This document shows positions 57,038 through 64,000 of a stretch of DNA of 64,000 nucleotides, one piece after another. Where the stretch lies: positions 1 to 64,000 of IMG/VR virus record IMGVR_UViG_3300020440_000012, one strand, 5' to 3'. Numbering within the stretch: the stretch's first letter is position 1; each line of letters starts with the position of its first letter. Position numbers and translations under genes: made by a program. This stretch comes from a virus. Taxonomy: Duplodnaviria; Caudoviricetes. The notes under the pieces were generated by a model that saw only the letters and a program-made list of their open reading frames with translations, was not told where the DNA came from and did no database searches.

Positions 57038-58243
57038 ATGTCTGAAAAACCTTTTGTAGCAGTAAACTTTCCAGCGGATAACTCCGGCTGTTATTTTTAT
57101 AGAATGTTAGCACCCAAACTTACGGTACAATCGGTGATAAACAATGTAACTTTTACAGAAACCAGTAGATTCATTGCCGATCCTGAATGGTTTCAAGATG
57201 TTAATCTATGTCACATGCAAAGACAGGTTAATGATCCTCAGTGTGATTATTATACAAGATTTATTGTTCCTTTAGGACAGAGAAACGGAATGTGGATTGT
57301 CTACAATGTAGACGATGCTGTTGGTATGGACGATATACCTAAATACAACTCTGCCTGGGAAGCTTATCAAGATCCTAAGTTGATGCAGAACATCTCAACC
57401 ATGATGCAACAGTCTGACTTTGTACTTGTTACTACAGACTATCTTAAAGACTATTATGTTAGAAAGTTTGGTGTAAAAGAAGACAATGTACTTGTAATAC
57501 CTAATTATCTTCCTAAATGGTGGATGGGTCAGTATTATGATCTTGGTAAAATATTAGTAAATTATGATAAGAATAAAAAGAAACCTAGATTAGGAATTAT
57601 TGCAAGTAGTACACACTACGATCTACATGGTAAAAATAATTTTGTTGACGACTTTACCGAGATGATTCCTTTTGTTAAGAAAACAGTTAACAAATATCAA
57701 TGGGTATTTGTAGGTTGCATACCTAATGCACTACAAGATGAATTGAATGCAGGAAAGATAGAACTCGTAGGTGGTTCTAATATTATGAACTATCCAGATG
57801 TGATAGGTAACATAAATTGTCAAGCTATTATTCAACCTTTATTAAATAATGAATTTAACAGATGTAAATCTAATATTAAATTCTTAGAAGCTTGTGCAAT
57901 CGGTACACCACTTATTGCTCAGAGAATAAACATATACGAACCTTACACCGATCTATTGTTTGACGATATGGATGAACTACAGCAAAAGCTAGATATGGTT
58001 TTAGGTAGTAAAGATAAATTTAAATCTATCGTCAAGAAACAGAAAAAAGAACTAGATAGTGGTAGAAACGGTAGAGGTTGGTGGTTAGAAAACCCTGCAA
58101 ATCTAGAAGACTGGGCACAGTTTTATCGATTAACTAAGAAATGTTTAAATGTAGATTTGAATATGATTCTTCAACACGAACAACAAGAAAATCAACAGGA
58201 AGAACAGGAAGATATTGCAAAAGATTTGGAGATAATTAGATGA
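57038..58243 (+). CDS. GT-B glycosyltransferase
   Basis: SGCYFYRM, YNVDD, VTTDYLK...VIPNYL, FNRCKSNIKFLE. Confidence 0.8.
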   Translation: MSEKPFVAVNFPADNSGCYFYRMLAPKLTVQSVINNVTFTETSRFIADPEWFQDVNLCHMQRQVNDPQCDYYTRFIVPLGQRNGMWIVYNVDDAVGMDDIPKYNSAWEAYQDPKLMQNISTMMQQSDFVLVTTDYLKDYYVRKFGVKEDNVLVIPNYLPKWWMGQYYDLGKILVNYDKNKKKPRLGIIASSTHYDLHGKNNFVDDFTEMIPFVKKTVNKYQWVFVGCIPNALQDELNAGKIELVGGSNIMNYPDVIGNINCQAIIQPLLNNEFNRCKSNIKFLEACAIGTPLIAQRINIYEPYTDLLFDDMDELQQKLDMVLGSKDKFKSIVKKQKKELDSGRNGRGWWLENPANLEDWAQFYRLTKKCLNVDLNMILQHEQQENQQEEQEDIAKDLEIIR

Positions 58244-59022
58244 TAACGGTTGCAGTTTTAAATTATAAAAGACCTATTGAATGGCTAGAAGGTATTATAT
58301 CTTCATCGCTGAAACAATCCGTATGTCAGATAACTCCAAATGTTATTATTTGTTCGGATGAATCTGAAGAAACCTTAAAAAAGAGTGACGTATTAAAAGA
58401 TTTAGATTTTACTTACATCGAAAATACGGGTGAATCTATTGCAAATTCTAAGAATAAAATTATCGAAAAATCAATAGAGTTAGACACAGAAAAATTAATA
58501 CTTATAGAGGATGATACAGTCATATCTGATGAATTTGATGATACTTTTGAAAAATACATAGATTTAATGAATGATATGAACCTAGGTGTTATATTTAATT
58601 GTTATACTAAACCAGCTAATTATGTACTAACAAAACCGTCACCTAGACTATTACTGGGATATAAAGGACATGCAAAATCTGAAATGCTGACAACAAACAG
58701 GCATGAAATGTGTGACTTTATGATTATTGATGTTGTTAAGAATAAAGAACGATTCAACGAAGACTTGTGTATATTTGAATCAAGTGAATATATATTTAAA
58801 TCACAAAAATCAGGACAGATACCTTTCTTAAATCAGTTCTTTGATATTCCAGACTCATGGGAGAAAATTAGTGGAAGAGAGATTGACACTTCTAGAAATT
58901 GTGAAAATCATGTCGTTAATGAAGATAGACAGAAAATGGATAAAGTGGTAAATGGTGAGTGGAGTGTAAATAATGACCTAAATGACATTATTGAATATAT
59001 ACGAAAACAACTAGGAGTATAA
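58240..59022 (+). CDS. GT-A (family 2-like) glycosyltransferase
   Basis: ITVAVLNYKR, SIANSKNKII, LIEDD. Confidence 0.65.
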   Translation: MITVAVLNYKRPIEWLEGIISSSLKQSVCQITPNVIICSDESEETLKKSDVLKDLDFTYIENTGESIANSKNKIIEKSIELDTEKLILIEDDTVISDEFDDTFEKYIDLMNDMNLGVIFNCYTKPANYVLTKPSPRLLLGYKGHAKSEMLTTNRHEMCDFMIIDVVKNKERFNEDLCIFESSEYIFKSQKSGQIPFLNQFFDIPDSWEKISGREIDTSRNCENHVVNEDRQKMDKVVNGEWSVNNDLNDIIEYIRKQLGV

Positions 59023-59023
59023 A

Positions 59024-59206
59024 ATGAGTTATATAGCAAAAGGTACAGAAGTTTCTTATGATGAAATCAAAATAGGTGAAACATTTATCAGAGATAATAT
59101 AAGATGGGAAAAGACAAAAGATGGTGATGTTGAAATAGAACCAGTCTGTGTTGAAATCCCAGATAGTGGTAAAATTTTACTTGAAAATAAACTTCTAAAT
59201 GGATAA
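59024..59206 (+). CDS. Hypothetical small protein
   Basis: 60-aa ORF, AGGAG SD. Confidence 0.55.
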   Translation: MSYIAKGTEVSYDEIKIGETFIRDNIRWEKTKDGDVEIEPVCVEIPDSGKILLENKLLNG

Positions 59207-59212
59207 AAAAAT

Positions 59213-59809
59213 ATGAGATTTGTAGAAGACGCACACAGAATAGGCTCAAGAGATGGTAAGTTTGATCCTGAGAAAATTGAAGTTTCTCGTGATATTGTTG
59301 CACTAAGAAAAGATGAGATTCAAGAAGAAGTTCAACATAATGGCATTGTGATACCAACAAAAACCATCGCAGGATTCAAAGGAGCAACAGGTACGATCAT
59401 CGCACTAGGTGACGAAGCTAGAGAAGATTACGGACTTGAAATAGGTGATAGAGTAAAGTTCGATGATGTTGGTGTTTTTTATGATACATATCCTATAGTA
59501 ATTCTAAAGGCAGAAAATTGCATTGTTAAATGTGACCCAGAAGATAGTGATAGACATATACCTCTTAAGAATATGGTATTCTCTAGATCAATAGATTCTG
59601 TTCATAACCTTGGTACTGATAGTACAATCATCGTATCAGATAAACACAATCAAGCCGAAGTGGCCGAAGTGTTTGCGGTAGATAATGAAGATGTTGTAAA
59701 AGTTGGCGACAAGATATTAGTTATGGCGGATGGTGACAGAATAAACTCTAAAGACGGTGAATACTTCATCTATAAACAAGACGAGATACCAGCTATAATT
59801 GAAGACTAA
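59213..59809 (+). CDS. Tandem GroES/gp31-like co-chaperonin
   Basis: Two units: GIVIP...GTIIALG...LEIGDRVKF and IIVS...VFAV...VKVGDKILV...YFIYKQDEIPAII. Confidence 0.75.
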   Translation: MRFVEDAHRIGSRDGKFDPEKIEVSRDIVALRKDEIQEEVQHNGIVIPTKTIAGFKGATGTIIALGDEAREDYGLEIGDRVKFDDVGVFYDTYPIVILKAENCIVKCDPEDSDRHIPLKNMVFSRSIDSVHNLGTDSTIIVSDKHNQAEVAEVFAVDNEDVVKVGDKILVMADGDRINSKDGEYFIYKQDEIPAIIED

Positions 59810-59826
59810 TATCTGTATAATAAAGC

Positions 59827-62421
59827 ATGTACAGAAACATTTCATACGTCCAATCAAAAGACAAACGCTCGGCTTTTATTGATATTTGGACCTGGGACGA
59901 ATCGGGTAATAGAATTCATAAAAGAGTTCCACATAAGTCATTCGTAACCTATGAAGTTGATTATAAAACTGACTTGCAAAGTATTTATGGTACCTATCTG
60001 AAACGTAAGTTCTTTGAGACAACCTCTTCCAGGTATCAATGGATAAAAGATCATCCAGAGAAAAAGATATACGAGTCTTCAATTCCCGAATTTGAGTATC
60101 TAAATTCTCATTATTCAGATACATATCAAGAGCCAGACTTTGCTAAACATGATTTGAGAGTTCATTACATCGACATCGAGATTGCGATTGAAGATGAGTT
60201 TCCAGAAACAGATAAGGTGGACTATCCTATCAATCTTATTACTGTCTATGATAGTGACCATAGTAAATATTTCACATGGGCGTTAGGTGACTGTAAAGCA
60301 CATAGAGATGACATTCAGTTATTCACATTTGATAGTGAAGTAAAACTACTTAATCACTATCTTAGTTGGCACGGAAGAAACTATCCTGATGTAATCACAA
60401 CATGGAACGGAAAGTTGTTCGACATACCTTATATGTGTGGTCGAATCAAACGAGTTCTAGGCGAAGATGCTATGAAGAGTATGTCACCTGTCAATCGTGT
60501 AAAGCAACATAAAGACCGAGTAACAGGTGAGCCTCTTTTCGTTATAGACGGTATCACAAACTGGGATTATTATATTTTATATAAGAATAAGTTTCTTAAG
60601 AAGTCAAAAGGCTCTTATAGTTTAGGTAATGTAGGTGACTATGTTCTAGGTATCAGCAAGATCGAGTATGAAGGTTCTATGAAAGACCTATACAAAAAAG
60701 ACTTTCAGAAGTTTTTTGAGTATAACATACGAGATGTAGAGATACTTGTTCTATTGGAAGAAAAAGAGCAACTACTAAAATTATCTAGAAGTATCTGTAA
60801 CATGTCACTTGCACCTTATGAAAAGATATATGCGTCTATACCTTATATCATCAACTGTCTGTCTTTATATACATACAATACTACAGGTAAGATTTTTCCA
60901 AAAGTAACCCAGTCTGTAAAAGATTCACATAGATTTGAAGGTGCCTTCGTGTTTCCCACAGTTCCTGGCTTCTTTAAGAATGGTGTTGCTGTTATTGACT
61001 TGAACTCTCTGTATCCTAATACACTGATTGCAGGCAATATGTCACCAGAAACAAAAGTAGGTACATACGATAAGATTAGTGATAATGAGTATTCAGTACA
61101 CACAACTAAAGGTGTTACAAAGCATTTAAACAAACAACAATTTGATGCATTACTTAAGACAAAATGTATCAATACAGATAACAAGACTCTGTTTCTAAAG
61201 CATGAAGTTAGAGAGGGTATTGTTCCTACATTCTGTAAAAAGATGTATGCCGATAGAAAGAAGTTTCAAAAGAAGATGAATGATGTCATTCGTCAAATAA
61301 ACAAAACTAAAGATGAGACTGATCCTAATCCCGACATAATCAAGGAGTTAGAGAATGAAAGAGATAGATATAACTTCATTCAGTATACCTGGAAGATATT
61401 CTTAAACTCTATTTATGGTATGTTTGGTACAGAGTTTAGTCCCATCTATGACATTGACATTGCACAATCTATTACACTCAATGGCCAGTTTGTTATCAAA
61501 GCTATACCTGAATTTGTTGTTGAACACATGAAAGACAAATATTCAGCAGAAGGTGACATTGTGCTGTTCGGTGATACAGACTCTATCGGTATCGACTATG
61601 AATCCGCTGTTACTAAGTATTGTAGTGAAAATCAGAAAGATATTAATGATCTTTCTAGACATGATATTAGAATGATAACAAAAGACCTTGATGAGTTTGT
61701 TAACAAAGACATCAACGAACATTGTGCTAAAATCGTAAACGAAAGATTCAATACAACACAAGGTGACAACATTGCATTCTCACGAGAGAAGTTTTGTATG
61801 GAAGCCATGTTCTTTTCTAAGAAACACTATATATTACATATTGTAGATAAAGATGGTCACAAAACAGATGAGTTTGATTATAAAGGTGTGGATATAGCTA
61901 AGAACGAGTTAGCACCCGTTGTAAAAACTTTTCTCAAATCTATCTTCGAGAAAATATGTCGTGAGAGATGGAGTCAAGATAGATTCAATCAAGAACTTGA
62001 ACAAGTATGGAATGAGTATAAGAATTTACCCTTTGAGGAGATTAAGAGAAACACCGGTTGGAACACTAACAAAAAGTCAACTGGCTTCTTAAAGGTGGAA
62101 GCAAAAACAGGCACACATGTAAAGGCCGCACATTATTACAATCAGATGATTGAACACTTAGGTGTGAAAGGTAAATACGAAGAGTTAAAAGTAGGTGATG
62201 ATGTTCAATGGTGCTACATCAATCAAGATAACCCTTTTAACATAGAAGTTATTGGTTACAAAGATATATATCCAAAAGAGTTCAACGACATATTTCAAGT
62301 AGATTATAATCTAAAGTTTGAAAAAGATATTGTGAAACCTCTTCAACACTTATGTGATATTATGCATTGGATACCTTTTAATCCAAACGAACAGACTGCA
62401 CAAAATATATTTGATTTGTAG
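59827..62421 (+). CDS. 43: Family B DNA polymerase (gp43-like)
   Basis: DIE, WNGKLFDIPY, YNIRDV, DLNSLYP, KIFLNSIYG, GDTDS; uninterrupted. Confidence 0.97.
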   Translation: MYRNISYVQSKDKRSAFIDIWTWDESGNRIHKRVPHKSFVTYEVDYKTDLQSIYGTYLKRKFFETTSSRYQWIKDHPEKKIYESSIPEFEYLNSHYSDTYQEPDFAKHDLRVHYIDIEIAIEDEFPETDKVDYPINLITVYDSDHSKYFTWALGDCKAHRDDIQLFTFDSEVKLLNHYLSWHGRNYPDVITTWNGKLFDIPYMCGRIKRVLGEDAMKSMSPVNRVKQHKDRVTGEPLFVIDGITNWDYYILYKNKFLKKSKGSYSLGNVGDYVLGISKIEYEGSMKDLYKKDFQKFFEYNIRDVEILVLLEEKEQLLKLSRSICNMSLAPYEKIYASIPYIINCLSLYTYNTTGKIFPKVTQSVKDSHRFEGAFVFPTVPGFFKNGVAVIDLNSLYPNTLIAGNMSPETKVGTYDKISDNEYSVHTTKGVTKHLNKQQFDALLKTKCINTDNKTLFLKHEVREGIVPTFCKKMYADRKKFQKKMNDVIRQINKTKDETDPNPDIIKELENERDRYNFIQYTWKIFLNSIYGMFGTEFSPIYDIDIAQSITLNGQFVIKAIPEFVVEHMKDKYSAEGDIVLFGDTDSIGIDYESAVTKYCSENQKDINDLSRHDIRMITKDLDEFVNKDINEHCAKIVNERFNTTQGDNIAFSREKFCMEAMFFSKKHYILHIVDKDGHKTDEFDYKGVDIAKNELAPVVKTFLKSIFEKICRERWSQDRFNQELEQVWNEYKNLPFEEIKRNTGWNTNKKSTGFLKVEAKTGTHVKAAHYYNQMIEHLGVKGKYEELKVGDDVQWCYINQDNPFNIEVIGYKDIYPKEFNDIFQVDYNLKFEKDIVKPLQHLCDIMHWIPFNPNEQTAQNIFDL

Positions 62422-62449
62422 TAAATACAAGAGACTATAGGAGATTACA

Positions 62450-64000
62450 ATGGCCATATTTGATAGGTTTAGAAGAAACAAAGACATCAACCCATCTGCT
62501 GATGTTATGAACAATGTTCAAAATATTGACCCTGATGAGGGTTATGAAGTAACAAAGGTACGAGAAGAAGATCAAAGAATTAGCACAACATTGGCATATC
62601 CAAGTAATGATTCTATTCATCAATTCTTGGCCGCACCGGTGGCATCTGATAAGTTTAAGAGATTAAATGAATACAGAGCGATGTCAAATCATGTGGAAGT
62701 TTCCGATGCTATTGATGAGGTTTGTGACTCCGTGTATTCAGTAGATGAATTAGGTAACTTCTTAAATCTTGATATAAAAAACGATAAGAAATTTACCGAC
62801 AGACAAAGAAAAATTTTGGCCGATGAATTTAAAAAGTTTGTAGACCTCTATGATTTCGAAAAGAATATCTTCAACTACGCTAGAACATTTGTTGTAGAAG
62901 GTGAACTAGCATTTGAAAATGTCATTGATCCTAAAAGTCCAGAAAAGGGTATCCTGTCAGTAAAACTTCTTGATAACTCAAAATACGAATTATTAAAAGA
63001 CCTGACAACATATGAAATTATTGGTATATTCTTTGATATATCTCCTACAGAAGCCGAAACTGTACTACACACAAACTATGGAACTTCTTATAGCTATTTC
63101 AATGAAATAGACAGACACTCAAACTCTCTTTCGTATAGCAATGCATTTGCTGATGATAAGAAAGTACCTTTACTTTTCAGTCAAGTTACATACATTAATT
63201 CAGGTGTGTTTGATGTTAATAGAACATATCCAGTTCCACCCCTTGATAAAGCTAGACAAGCCTATAGACAATTAATATTAATTGAAGATGGTGTTTTAAT
63301 TTATCGTGTAGCAAGATCACCTGAAAGATTAGTATTCAATATTGCATCTGGTAATACAAGTGGTCAAAAAGCACAACAGCAACTACTTCAAATGGTCAAA
63401 AGATTTAATCAAAGAAAGACAACTAAAACTTCATCGGGTGAGAGGGGTATCACAAATGAATATGATCCTCATCAGGTTGTAGAATCTTACTGGTTCTTAA
63501 AGCCGGACGGAACAGAAGGTTCTAGTGTGGAAAGTATTGGTGGAAGTTCAGATTTTGGTGAATTAGAAGACTTGAAGTTCTTTACTAGAAAACTATACAG
63601 ATCACTAAAAGTTCCTTTCAGTCGCTTCGAACAACCAGAAAATACTATTAGTCAAGGTGAAGACATCACATATGAAGAATATAAGTTTGCTAAATTTGTT
63701 AAGAGACTACAACAACAGATTGCTTCTGGTATCAATGAGTCATTTAGAACACACTTAAAACTTAAGAAGCTATGGGAGCAATACAAAATTTCAAATAGAG
63801 ACTTGGATGTTATAGCAACTCCACCAGCTTTATATGAACTATATCAAACCGCAAAACTGAACGAACTAAAAATGGAAGCATATAGCAGTATAGCCGATAA
63901 TGATAAGTTCTCATATACATTAGCAATGAAAAAGATACTTAATATGTCCGAAGATGAGATCGAAGAGAACGACAGAATGCTTGATATAGAATCTGAAAAA
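62450..64000 (+). CDS. 20: gp20-like portal protein, runs off the right edge; absent from ORF track
   Basis: Manual translation from ATG 62450 (AGGAG SD, GTAAATA at 62421): YRAMS...DAIDEVCD, QLILIEDGVLIYRVARSPERLVFNI, ESYWF, KLYRSLKVP. Confidence 0.95.
   Translation, partial: MAIFDRFRRNKDINPSADVMNNVQNIDPDEGYEVTKVREEDQRISTTLAYPSNDSIHQFLAAPVASDKFKRLNEYRAMSNHVEVSDAIDEVCDSVYSVDELGNFLNLDIKNDKKFTDRQRKILADEFKKFVDLYDFEKNIFNYARTFVVEGELAFENVIDPKSPEKGILSVKLLDNSKYELLKDLTTYEIIGIFFDISPTEAETVLHTNYGTSYSYFNEIDRHSNSLSYSNAFADDKKVPLLFSQVTYINSGVFDVNRTYPVPPLDKARQAYRQLILIEDGVLIYRVARSPERLVFNIASGNTSGQKAQQQLLQMVKRFNQRKTTKTSSGERGITNEYDPHQVVESYWFLKPDGTEGSSVESIGGSSDFGELEDLKFFTRKLYRSLKVPFSRFEQPENTISQGEDITYEEYKFAKFVKRLQQQIASGINESFRTHLKLKKLWEQYKISNRDLDVIATPPALYELYQTAKLNELKMEAYSSIADNDKFSYTLAMKKILNMSEDEIEENDRMLDIESEK

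Noticed and set aside
4114-62124. Many 60-165 aa opposite-strand or alternate-frame ORFs (e.g. 4420..4878, 6538..7008, 42600..42971, 46576..47067, 51674..52087)
   Set aside because: Fully inside well-supported genes, Ser/Phe/Ile-rich antisense composition, no SD or motifs
1-64000. Stop-codon recoding, introns or inteins
   Set aside because: Core genes (polymerase, nrdA/B, helicase, sheath) are full-length in the standard code, and TAA, TAG and TGA all end genes at tight junctions

Overview
AT-rich 64 kb segment of a large T4-like (myovirus) phage genome in the standard genetic code, with almost all gaps between genes short. Replication, recombination and nucleotide genes: family B polymerase, gp32, gp41, gp61, gp45, gp44, UvsX/UvsW/UvsY, gp46/47, NrdA/B. 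Transcription: gp55-type late sigma plus a sigma70-family factor. Morphogenesis genes are scattered: sheath, portal, gp15, gp4, two gp14-like neck paralogues and a tandem GroES. Also present are nucleotide-sugar enzymes, two normal tRNAs and one atypical tRNA-Gly-like gene. The ORF track misses two edge-truncated genes: an S8 protease on the left and the portal on the right. Most notable observations: (1) about a dozen proteins with T4 capsid-targeting-like N-termini, several built as strings of modules separated by possible prohead-protease sites and carrying ligase-, nucleotidyltransferase-, nuclease- and kinase-like domains; (2) a PEP-CTERM surface protein next to an acidic membrane protein with two MinD-like membrane-targeting motifs; (3) a 1614-aa protein with two trypsin-like domains between the duplicated neck genes; (4) an elbow-degenerate tRNA-Gly-like gene with its own promoter; (5) apparently leaderless replication genes. 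All assignments come from reading motifs by eye; no database search was run. No reverse transcriptase, integrase, CRISPR array, intron or intein was recognised.
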